DNA of 64,000 nt from Amoeboaphelidium protococcarum X5 (lineage: Eukaryota > Fungi > Aphelidiomycota), in NCBI GenBank assembly GCA_023515725.1, contig JALDTO010000251.1, positions 806,001-870,000 on the forward strand, given 5' to 3'. The position numbers and the translations under genes were made by a program. The notes under the pieces were generated by a model. It made no database searches, was not told where the DNA came from, and was given only the letters and a program-made list of their open reading frames with translations. This document shows, piece after piece, positions 26,398 to 38,651 of the stretch (the first letter of the stretch is position 1; every line of letters begins with the position of its first letter).

Positions 26398-27010
26398 CTT
26401 GACCAATGATCTTTGATTAAATAGAGGTTATTTTAACAATTTGATAACTCTGGATATAGACTATCACCACCACCACTTGTCTAATTAGTATGATACCTAC
26501 AGTACCACCTATCCACAAGGAAAGTGAAGATGAAAGAAACGCGAAACGAAAAGTTGAAACAGAAAATGCGATGATGATAAATGGTTGAATTTGTCTCTTT
26601 ATATGATGACTTCTCTGGTAAGAGAAATAGCAGTTTGTTGTTTTGACATATATGTTGTCTAGTCGACACCATTTGCAAATGAAGTATTGAGGTTGTACCT
26701 AAAGAATGATGGGACTTGAGCGCTTGATTAATGAGCTCTGATCTGATTCGCCGAGAGCATATTGGTTCCATGATCGGGTGACTCTTCTTTCATTTCATTT
26801 CACCAGCGTGAAGCGACGACTTTTCATCATCAAACGATCTCGCTTTGTCTTCCTGCTGCCAATACTTTTTGTCATTATTTTATCTAAACTCGCGAGAGAA
26901 AGAAAGTCTTTGCCTTATTTCGTGTTGAGTCCTTTTTATCGTTTTCAAAATAGTGACGTTGATTGAATTAATTTAAGGCTGATATTTAATTGACTGCGGT
27001 ATAATAAGAA

Positions 27011-29536
27011 ATGTCCAAGTAGATTTAGTTTGATGATATTCCGACACTTGGCGATTAGTAATAATCAAGGAATAGCCGTCAATACGATGAAGATGATAGC
27101 GCTAGAATGATGGAGTCATCCATGATGTACAATTCCCTGTTGGCTGAGAATATCAGTATGGAGCAGGATTTATATCGTAATACTCAGTCGTAGTTGTTGA
27201 ATATCCTGTAAAGAGTTCAAGATACTATTACAGATGCAGCGGATGGTGTGGAGGCTCATGAAGCGGTCTATCCTATTGATAATGACAACACAATGTCTGT
27301 GCTTAAGCTTGATCTTGCCCAGTCATCTGCTATGAATCCATACTCACCGATCACTCGTAGAAGGATGTTGCTTGATTAAGAGGCATTACTATCCACACTC
27401 GATCCCAAGTCATAATCTAGATTGATATTGTAGAAGCTAAATTAGTGTAAAAGTCACATTGATAAATTGCGAGCGCGTATTGTTGATACATCTTGCAAAG
27501 TGCTGGTGACTGGTGATGTGAATTCTGGTAAGAGTACTTTGATTAATGCACTGCTGAAGCGTGAGGTGTTGCCTATGGACATGTAGCCATGTACTGCTGG
27601 ATTTGTTGAAGTTGTTGATGCTTCCCTCAACCAGAATACTGCTGGAGTTCAAGTTGAGGAAATACACGAGATTCACAATGATCGTGTTGATAAGTATAGC
27701 AGTAATGATCAGAGCACTTATTAACGTTATGATATGGAAAAGTTACATGATCTGGTGGGAGGTAGCGATACAGAAGATGAATAATAGTAGTAATAGTAAT
27801 ATGTAAAGTAGAGCAACACTTAGTATAAAGTTTATTGCTAGAATAGTAGTGACTCTATTCTCCATAATGGTGTTACTGACGTGAAGTTTGTCGACTCTCC
27901 CGGTCTGAATAGAGATACTGCCAAGACAATGTCAGTCTTTGCCAGGTCGGATGAGATTGATGCTGTGATATTTGTAGTTAGTGCTGAGAATCATTTCACA
28001 ATGTCTGGCATTGAGTTTATTACGGAAGCTAGCAGAGAGAAGCCATTCATGTTTATAGCTGCGAACAAGTTTGATGTTATTGCTGAGAGCGGACCTTCAA
28101 ATTCAACCTTTACAAAGTCTGGTGTTGCGGCTATGGAGAGGTGCAAGAGATCCATATTGCGTCAGGTGTCTTCTCTATTGCCGCGTACTTACGCCAAGTA
28201 GAAGGACTTTGTTCATTTCATTAGTGCGAAAAAGTATTTATATAATGAGCTGAAAAGAATTGATATACTCAAGAATGTCCCAATGCAGGATATCGAGGAG
28301 CGTGATATGATCTTATCCTCAATGGACTAGTCATTTCTAATGTTGGAATCGAGTCTAAAGTCATTTCTCATTCATAAGAGAATTCTGTCCAAGTTATGTC
28401 CCGCTAAAGCTTATTTGGAGAACACCTTGGCTGATTTATTGAGTATCGCTACTGCTAATGGTGATAAGGCTTTGGAAGAGTGTGAGCTATCGGAAAGTCT
28501 TCTGCACACTTTATCTCCTCAGCATTAATAATTGATGGAATTTAAGAAGATTTTTGAGCAGAGAGTTGAAGAAATGTCTCGTGATGTGGACACTACTGTG
28601 CAGCATGAATCTAGATTGATTATTGAGAAATTTGTTGATCAAGTGCAGGGTCTAGTGGATTCTGTCGAATATCCGGGTGTATTGCGCATTTGGCAGTATG
28701 CTGATGCTATTGTTAGAAAGTGCAACTAGGAGTTATTCAAAGAATTTGCCAAGTTGGATTAGGATACTCTCGAATTGACTAATACTTCAGTGATTAATCT
28801 TTTCACGTATGCTGATAAGAATGTGCCTGGATGGTCTGATGCTATTGCCATGGAATCACTGGCTGCCAAAATTCCTCAGTCTATCACTGACGTATCATTG
28901 CGTGCTGACAGTCTGATTTAACCTAAAGTTGACGTGATGGACTTTATTGATATTCCCTAACATTTTGGGCTTGTTGGCGTGTCTTTGGGCAGTGCCACCA
29001 TAATTGTTGGTGGGTTTGTTGGATATACCAAGATGGCGCAGACTATTTATCACACTGGTCGCATGTTTGGCCTAAAGACTGGTACGTAATGGTTATGGGC
29101 AACGTTTACTGTGGCCTCAGTGGGAACAATGACTGCTGTATTACTCGATGCCAAGAGTACTTTGAGGCGTAGATTGACGCGTAAGATTAAGCATCAGGTT
29201 AGAAAGTCGCCGCGTGTTCGCTCTCAGTTGGACAAGATTGTCTATGGAAAGAAGTCTATTCTGGAGCAGATAGCTTATGATTTTCGCCATGTCATTCATC
29301 AGCGTGTGGATGAATCTGAGAGATAGATACTGAATTTGAATAATTGTATTGTTAATTCTGTAAAGAGGAAAGCATTTTATGAAGGCATACAGGTGAAAAG
29401 CTCTGGTCTATTGGATGCTTTGAGCTGTGTGGATGTTGATTCCCCGGGATAAAGTGATAGTATTGGCTTAAGTGAATTGAATGGTGATTCGCAATCTATT
29501 GGTATTCTGCACAGAGACATGCTAAAGTAACAATGA
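27011..29536 (+). CDS. FZO1: Mitofusin GTPase
   Basis: SVLKLDL, KVLVTGDVNSGKSTLINALL..EVLPMDMQPCT, FVDSPGLNRD, EIDAVIFVVSAENHFTMS, NKFD, SKLCPAKAYL; C-terminal TM pair. Confidence 0.95.
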
Positions 29537-29666
29537 TTTAAATGGTATTTTGTGCAATTTAAGAAATATGAAATTAAATTAAGGCAGATAGGAAATAAAC
29601 TTGCGATAACAACGAAATAAAATTTTATCATCTTCATCATCTTATGACTGTCATTCATTCATTAAT

Positions 29667-31346
29667 TCAAGCACTTTCATCAGATTTTGGATAGAGTCCG
29701 TTCAACACGGAGATCCATTCATTAAGATCGTGTTCATTCAACGCCATCAGGTAGTAACTCTTCTTGCCATCAATCAGCGTAAACTTCAAATCACCCTCAG
29801 CCTTCACCTTCATATCACTTGAAAGCATGAAGGACTCTGCAACCTTTGACTTGTCGTTAGGCCTAAAGTAGGACAGCATGAACCCATCATCGCCAACCTT
29901 GGAGAGGGCAAAGTAGCGATCATTCCAAGCCTTGAAGAAATTGCTCTGCTTCTTCAGCAAGGACTGCTGGATAGTAGCCTCTGGGACCTTGTACATTTAG
30001 CTGTCATCGCTGACGGTAGGCTAAGTAGTCTCAGCGCTCTCATCAACAGCAGGGATATCCTTCTCAACGGGGATTGGATTAGGATCATGAATCTCATCCT
30101 TCATGGTGACCTCATCTGATGTTGCGACATCAGCCTCAGCGATCGGCTCAGGCTCCACAGGCGCCAGATCTTCAGCAATAAGATCAGCCTCAACTGGAGC
30201 ATCTTGAGCATCAGCGGAAATCTTTGAGCGCATTTTCTTAAAGGTGACAATATCAACGATTCTTGACACCATGAATGGCTTCTTGACTGGCAAAGCCTTC
30301 TCAATCATCGGATCATCAACAATCGGCTGCGACTACATCGCCCCATCAATAGGCTGCACTTCTTCAGCGACCACCTCTTCGACAACGATGGCCGGCAATT
30401 CTTCCTTCTTACCATCCTCAGACGCTGAGCCAGTATTATCACTTACATCCTCAATCTCTTTATCGCCGACTTCAGATTTACGGCGTGGAAGAGTGAAAAT
30501 ATCAACCACTTTGCCCAGCAGACGCTTAGATGGTTTAGAGTCACCAGCGGTTTCTTCAACATCGTCCTAGTCTGTGGTAGCCTTGACAGCTTCCTCAGTT
30601 ACAACTGCAGCTTCAGCCGTTGTAGACTCGATAACATCAACCTAAGCACGGTCAGCATCAATGTTTTCCATCTCAGTGACAAGCTCCTCGCCATCAGTAT
30701 CAGTAGCATCAGCATGAGACGGCTCCTTCTTCAATTTACCAGGCTTCAACGATTCAAAATGAGCCTTCAACTTAACCAGAGCATTGTCAATAGACGCAGC
30801 ATCGACACAGTTAGCCTTGCTATGCTTCTGAATCACATTGATCCACATGTCGCGGCCCTCAGCTGATTTCGCGCCAAACGTAACATCCTTCAAGCCATCC
30901 ACTTTCAGCGTGAACGCGTGCAGATTGCCAAAATCAGCCAGCACAATATCCTTCACCATACTCAAATCGATGATTCCGGCGATAGAATTATGATCGCTAG
31001 AGTCATAGAGGATCATGCCTTTGGTAGAGACCATAGCCTTGGCAGCAATCTTCATCAACACATCGGAAGTGCCCTTGACTTTACGCGATTTGGACAGAGC
31101 CTTCTTCACAACCAAATCCAAATCTTCAACGCTCAGGCCGTGATCATTACCAAAATACACATACTTTTTGTGCCATAGTTTCAGCGGTCCACTACGCTTG
31201 TACAAGAAGCCTTCGCAAAATTCATTAGTAGACGATGATGACTGCTACTCCTATTACTGGGTTGGAGTCGCCTGCAGTTACTGCGCACCCGCGTCCATTG
31301 ATTCCACATTTTCGATATTCATATTACTATTACTAGATTCTGCCAT
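29667..31346 (-). CDS. Protein with two PH domains and acidic linker
   Basis: EGFLYKRSGPLKLWHKKYV...RDMWINVI and LLKKQSNFFKAWNDRYFAL...LNEWISVL joined in one frame. Confidence 0.85.
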
Positions 31347-31691
31347 ATTACAATATAATGATTAGCGATTAGTATAAGTAAAGAAAAGATCAAGAGATAA
31401 AATGGAGTAGAAAGGAGCAATAGGATATCAAGCTTTGTTACACACGATCATCTGTCTGAGATACCTGATTGGCTGAAACTGACGCACGACTCAGCGCGTC
31501 CTTTAACTTCGACCTGACAGCCGACCGTTACAGTAATTTGGTCGTTGGTCGTTTTTGATCTTCATTGCACTATTTATGTGTCATAAACACTAGAACTAAT
31601 ATCTATGAAGTGAAGTGAAGTGAAGTCAGAGGCTTACCGCCAGAGCTTTAGGTTACTCCGAAACTCAAAATGTGCTTGGTAATGTATAATG

Positions 31692-34600
31692 AAATCTGCT
31701 TCTCGATTGAATACTATCGCGTGACTTAAATCGGCGTGTGTGTGTACGTGAAGTATAGCTAATGAAGCTTTTGTAATACTTCAAGTCGTATTCTTATCAG
31801 CTTGGATCTTTTTACTCAAATGAATTACAGACTTGACATGTTGATTATGCTGTACATATTCGTGTAACGAGTACTGCGCTAAATATCTTTCGTGTTCGTT
31901 GATCAAATAGTAAAGATACAAATTACTTTGCATGACCTTTATTGTATTAAATTTCCATTTTTATCATCAAGTTTTGCATTCCAGAATTTTTATATGACTT
32001 TGCACTGATCTTTTAACTAAAGCAAGTGGTAAATGACTCTCAGTAAACTGATCCCATAACTGCTCTGTCCTTAAATCTAAACCACTACATATTCATCAAC
32101 CCCACACGTTGCGACGGGTAAGCATCTCCAGCAATACCATTCCACCAGCGTAAACATCTGCAGCAAAATACGACACAATTCTGTGCCCAATAGGAGTTGA
32201 ATTGCGAAATTGATGCAGAATCTCAGGTGCCGCATAACTTAAAGATGCACCTTTTATATTACCAGTTTAGAAAGCCTTAACTTTAAGCGTCTGCTCATCC
32301 ACAATCTTTGACAATCCAAAATCAGTCAGTACCGAAAACAACATCCCACTGTGTGGATCAAAATCTAGCAAAATATTTGCAGGCTTTATGTCTAGATGCA
32401 CAATACCGCTTGAATGCATTATGAAGAGCGCCTATGAGAGAGATTTCATCAGATACAGCATCTACGGCTTTGTATATCTAAACTAATACGCCATCTTACT
32501 ATCTCCGTGTATGTAATCCTTCATGGACCCCAATTCATAAAATCGCAATAAGAGACCAGCAGGCTCTTCACTATACGCGTAAATATATGCAAATCTAGGA
32601 TCGTCTTTGAATCGGTACATTATACTTAATTCCTGTAAGAAGATGGCTCGATTGTTATCAGACATACCCCGTGCACTGTCAGAGATTTATTTAAACAGCA
32701 GCTTTGTACCTGCTGGAACTCTCTACTACAATGATGGGTTCAAAACTTCAGCCAAGTAGATAGAGCCAACACCACCTTTGGTCAATAGAAAAGATGTTCT
32801 GAAATCTATTCCACACTATGCTAGCATGAACGCTGGAACGGCAATTATATTGGATGCTACAAGAGTCGGTGATTGCATTTAAGTACCCGCATAAGCACCG
32901 GTATGAGTTACACTGTGAGACATGGTGGAAAGAGTGCTTTGATCCACCATCGATGATCCTTTAGTCTTTCTAGACATTGTACGCATTCTCCGCTTCATCA
33001 CAAAGCATGTTGCTCCAATTGCTATTAGCGCGATAACCGCGATGCCGGCGATTAACGCGTATGCGCCAACCATACTTAGGGATTGGTTTTAATTAGCTTA
33101 GACATCGAGGTTACCAGAGGAAGTTTGCGCTCCACCTTGAGAAGTGCCCAAATTACTTAGATAAGAGCCTTCAGAAAATTATAGAAACCCATTATAAGAA
33201 GTAGATTGTTGCCTAACAGTACGTTGTTTACTTGAAGACATTGAAATCGACTAACTAGTGGATACTAAGCCAGACGAACTAGTCAGAGAGGACACAGCCG
33301 AGGAGTCATTAGCGGAAGACATCATAGCAGACGTGGATGATCCATTCAATACCATCATTTAGTATTGAGTTGTGGCTAACGTAGAAGTAGTAGAGTTCCA
33401 GTAACTTGATAATAGCATTTATGAAGTAACAGACGAGTGAGTCAATACAGTTGACAATGAGGATGTACCAATAGATGTGACATTTGGAGTAAAAGTAGCA
33501 ATAGAAGTACTTGTAATTGTTGTTGACGCAATAGTGGTTGACGCTGGAGTAGTGCTAATGGTGCTGGTTGTCGTAGTGATGGGAATTGTACTCGTGGTGG
33601 TGGTTCTCGTCGTAATCGTAGTCGTTGTAGTCGTGGTGGTCAGTAGATATGATGCCTAGTATGGAGCCAAAGTTGTAGCAACCAGAGTAAAATCCTTATT
33701 TACGAGCACAAACGCATTTCCATTCAGCAGCAAATTACTGGCACCTACACCTATTACTGTACGATCATCGAGCATTGTAAGTGATGTGAATATCATTGCG
33801 TGAGCATCCCCGATTTAAGTTCCATAGATACCGTAGTATAAGCCTCCACTGAAAGTTTACATATTCGTCATGAAAAACCAGCGATCATCTAGCCATGGAT
33901 TAGTAGTACCGACTGACATGACAATATTAGACGATTGATCGACTTGAATATCATATACTCTATCGTATCCTTGCTAACCATACACAAAAAATGAAGTATC
34001 CAATGTGCCATCCAAACCATATCTTACCACAAGAGTAGCATTTTCATTAAAAGAAAAAGCAATGGTCGCATCGAGAGTGTACTAACCATTCCACGTTCCA
34101 CCAGCATACAAGAAACCACGGTGGAATTTCACGGTGTTGAACTCGGTCAAGACGTTAGTGAACAGAGTTCTCTACCATCGCAAAGTGAAGATACCAGAGG
34201 ACGGTACAGCATAGCTGGCCAGGAATCCCTAACGTTAATTAGATTACCACACGCTACCAGCAACGACAAGATTGAGATCATCCTGGTTGACTGAGGATCG
34301 AATCAAATCATCAACACCAAGATCAATGACGATACGATTCAACTGGGCGCCACTGGATGCATTGATAGACATCACTTGACCATCCATACCACCAAAAAAG
34401 CTCAGCGGATCATTCTTAGTCTATCCAGTCACTGTGATTAGATTTTTGACCACAAACAGCTACACATTCCAGCCAATGTTATCCAATCCCGATGTACCAT
34501 ACGTTTAAGTCCAAACCACTGAGCCATTGTTAAGAATACGCGATGCATACACATAGCCGTTAGTAGTATTCTTCACCTGACCAGTGACGTAGACATCACC

Positions 34601-35593
34601 AGTTTACTGATTCAGCGCAATACCATAAGGCATGTCGACACCGGAGACCAGTTGATTAGCTTTCCACGTAAACTGCCTCACAATGGAGCCATTTTTGGAA
34701 ATCACCAGTATCATACTGTTGAAAGTTGTTTTAGCCTAACAGGCAGCATAAGCAGTGTTATCACCAACACGGGCAACCACAGAGTAGCAGTAGGTGGCCA
34801 AATTATTCACCAGAAATTGATTGTTGGCAGAGCTGATGGACATTTCAAATTGCTCGATAGATTTGCCGATTAGTAGTTGAGCTTGTGCTTAAGTTGTCGC
34901 TCTATGAATAAGGATGAATAGTGTCAAAGTGGAAAGGAGATAAAGTAGGATAAGGATTCGCTACAGGTTGCCCGGCTCTTATTCTATTTATAGCCCAGCA
35001 TATAATCTCAAACGAGCCAATCGTTTTTCAACTACTGTACAAAGCACCTTTGTTAGCAAGCACCTACTTTCCCGCAAACATTCAGGTGTGGAACAAAATA
35101 ATTAATCCTATATGATAACCTCACTTTATCGCAGTAATGGGGCATTTCAGTGGCAAAGATGCTTCTTAAAGTCTGCGCATCATTCCCCGTTGAAAAGTAA
35201 TTGTTTCAATTTGCAATGGATATAGATGTCACACAGAAGGATAGTAACGTACTGACTGAAGGTCTTTGTCACGCGTCTTACTAACTCTCTGACGGGATTT
35301 TCCATAAGACTATAATGTGATCCCGTGAACCACTAAAGATGGTTAAATCTCGTCAAAAGTAAATATTAAATGTAGTCGATAGAATCTTCTCATTGTGATA
35401 AATGAACGAGAGATCCAGGGATCAGCACCGTGATTAGGCAATCTAGCCGATTTATACCAACATAAACTGGATTTCGGGCTGAATACATAAAAAGAAGTGA
35501 AAACTTTAAATCAATGCTCCGATAACATATCCATCCATTATGCGAATCAGGTGGCGTGATTGGATGACTTGAATCTGGATATTGGTTTTAATC
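31692..35593. repeat. Segmental duplication, copy 1 (pairs with 39576-43690)
   Basis: Near-identical direct repeat from AAATCTGCTTCTCGATTGAATAC to GGATATTGGTTTTAATC, including flanking non-coding DNA. Confidence 0.97.
32096..34966 (-). CDS. Receptor-like protein kinase copy 1 (beta-propeller ectodomain, Thr/Ser stalk, TM, truncated kinase)
   Basis: GDVYVTG and WTQTYGTSG propeller-type repeats, TM AYALIAGIAVIALIAIGATCFVM-KRR, KGGVGSIY, HLDIKPANIL, DFG, YAAPE, DVYAGG; start uncertain (CTG 34966 or ATG 34843). Confidence 0.88.
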
Positions 35594-37466
35594 TATCAGA
35601 CCACGGTGAAACGGGTGAAGAATTATGCAGTAATCCCACTCTGCACAAGTGAAACAGAGATGCGTCTCTATTTCATAGCGCATCTTACTCTTCTTCTTCT
35701 TCCATTAGATACACACCCAAACATTATTACTATTATGGCTAAACGTACCTGCATATTTGATGACATTGATAATGATACTGACTACTTTGCTGGTCCAAGA
35801 CAAAGTAGTCACTCTCTTAACACGCAAAGGTCCACTGATCAATGGGTCAGAAAGTTTGAGGCGTACTTGACAGCCAAACGCGTCACGTACTGCACTGATT
35901 GGTTCAGATCCTCTGAAGGCAAGAAGACGTTTACCAATTTATTCTCCAACTTTGTTGAAAAAGTGAAAAAAGAAAATGGAGAATATTACACGGCTGATTC
36001 GCTGAAGACTGGTGTTTTTGCCTTAATCAGGTACTTTAAGGATCAAGTGCCTGATGTTCTTCTGGATTTTAACAATGACCATTTGCTGACTTAAAATTTG
36101 CGCACCTTGGATAAAACTATGAAGAAACTGCAAGGTATGGGATTAGGTTTAAGAAAGTAGGCCAGAGTGTTGAGTGATGCTGAGTGGACTGCTCTCGTTA
36201 GGAAGCAAGATGCTGATACTCCTTCAGGATTACTCAATCTTGTGGTACTGCATTTGAGTCTCCACTGTGCATTTCGTGGACAAGAACACGTTGAAGTTAT
36301 GAGATCTCTTTTGAAAAAACATGAAACAGGTGGAATTGTTCATTATTAGTATACGATCCCGGTGGAGAAAAACAATCAAGGTGGTCTGCACGGCAATTAT
36401 GAACCACGAGTTTGCAATATCCCTCCTGGCAGCGCGAAGGACTCTATCTAATTCCGTCCTGTTGATCTGATTGACAAGTATTTGAGTGTGCAACCTGAAT
36501 CTCCTCCTGACAGACTCTTTCTGCAGCCAATGAACTCAAAATCTGGAGTTGTTTGGTACAAAAGATAGCCAATTGGTGTGAATGGATTCGGTTACATATT
36601 GAAACAATGCGTTGAAGAATGTGGTCTGCAAGGCCACATAACATGGCATACTATACGTGCTACTGGTATTACTAGTCTGGCTCAACGCAGAGTTTCCGAG
36701 TAGTTGATCAAGTAGTATTCCGGTCATCGAAGTTACACTGCTGTACCCGAGTACACTCGTCGCACCGCTGATGATAAGATGAATGTCGCACGTTTGCTGC
36801 AATCTTCTAATATTGCGACTGGTCAAGTCACTGAACAGGATATCCTTGCGCTGATTCATGAAGAGGATCAACCGTGCTTGGAGTAAGATGCAGTAGCTAC
36901 TGCTATGAACGAAGTCAGTCAAAATATTAACTCTACGAGCTTAGCTGAGGTTGTTAATACTGCTTAGTCTGCTGCCGTGTAAACTGCTGCTTAGCCTGCT
37001 GCTGTATCAACTGCATATTCTCCTTCTTTGGAACCTGTTTATACAGCTTTGCCTATTATCACTCAACCTCATCCTCAAGTTTCCACCTCCTTGGTTGGCT
37101 CTGGGTCTAAGTTTGCTTCTAATATCAATTATCCATCTGAGAATGAGTAAGACAACTGGAACCAATTGCAATAGCGCGTAAAGCGCCAACGTATCACCAC
37201 TTCTGAGACAGTTGACAATCGTTCCCTGGTAAATAAGTATCGTAACAAAAGTAGTATTGTCAAAAATGCTCAAAATAAGATTATATTTAGTGGAAATGGC
37301 ACTACAATCAATATGAATTTACATTTCCACAATTGAGTCTTGGTAGTCAATCCCACAATATCTGATAAAAATGAAGATTCTGAAGTAATGAAGTAACAAC
37401 TGTTTTCCTGATTAATGTTTGGTAGTTTTCAGTCGCTGTTCCGAGTAGTTGGGCCTGATAGATTAA
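35588..37466 (+). mobile_element. Crypton-like tyrosine-recombinase DNA transposon
   Basis: Perfect 12-bp inverted ends TTAATCTATCAG (35588-35599) and CTGATAGATTAA (37455-37466) enclosing one YR ORF. Confidence 0.8.
35735..37336 (+). CDS. Tyrosine recombinase, DUF3504/ZMYM-Crypton type
   Basis: NTQRSTDQWVRKF, KKENGEYYTADSL, DTPSGLLN, AFRGQEH, EKNNQGGL, WYKRQPIGVN, TWHTIRATG, SGHRS, PEYTR; catalytic R, HxxR, H and Y all present. Confidence 0.92.
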
Positions 37467-38651
37467 CAAGCAATCGTGCACGTCTTGTGAGGCCATTACT
37501 GTACAATTGCTGACTCTGCGCTTACATCTGAAATGCTACCTCACGCGTTCGGAACCATTTTGCATAATTAATTGTACGAACATAGTGAGTCCAATTAATT
37601 TCAGAATTGCATTCTCGCGTGTAAAATGCACGAGAATTTTTCGTGAATTCCACTCTTTTCTGAAACGGATAGCTAGTTGACTCTGAAATGACATCTCTAA
37701 CCTGAAACGAACTTGATGTTGAAGATTCTCTTAAACTCATTCTTTCTTCATGAAGCATTCTATAACACTATAAACATAAATAAGAGCTAGTTTAAAGACA
37801 TTTATAAACTAGATATTTAAGATTTACAGACCAGGACTAGTCCTAGGATTTAGTTATTCATTCCACTTTGAAAAGTGCGCGCCTTGTTTCATGATGTTAT
37901 TCATTCCCTTAATATATAATTGCTGTATAGAGTATAATGTGACGTAAACTTTTCTGATATTGTTCGCAGAAGTTCCATGCACATTCTAGGACACAACATA
38001 CTGTATTCCTGACTTCTATTACGTCCCTCTAACAGCAGGATTTCAGAAAATCGCTGTCTAATGATGAAATGAAAATACGGTACATATAATGCTTTGGCCA
38101 TCGCAAACGCGTCTTCAATTGACATTCACACTTAATTGCCTCAGGCTTACAGATTTAGCTACAGTATCGACGTTATAAATATCATGCTTATAGATACTTT
38201 AGCCAGTTTACTTTTGGGTGCAGTAATTCATTATAAACGTCTTATAACTTGCCAAAAGCTACCGACACGTATAGCGATAAGTAGACCGTTACCTTATTGA
38301 GATACTTTGATACGTTGAGACTTTGTGTTCTTAGTTCTACTAAGCACATTATTATAGAACTTTCTAATTATGCATATTGCATTGATGTGACTAGTAAAGA
38401 AAATGGATAGAAGGGGGGATGAACAATGTGGATACTAGTCGCACCACTCAAATTTCAGTACAATGAATAAGCATGCAAACTAGGCAACGAGTAACTAAAT
38501 CGTTTACAGATTGACATGATTTAATACAAACCAATGTTTCCATTCCCTTCAAAATTCCGTGTGCATTTTACACGCCATTGAGTCTGCAATTAACTCGTAA
38601 TTGCACTGTCAGAAAATGTGCGATAGCGGAAAATCAAAGTCATTGTTGCGC

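Noticed and set aside
33477-33659. Val-rich plus-strand ORFs (also 41360-41743) resembling membrane proteins
   Set aside because: Antisense shadows of the Thr-rich stalk codons
37467-38650. Additional cargo gene in the spacer between the elements
   Set aside because: No recognisable motif or convincing long frame found by eye
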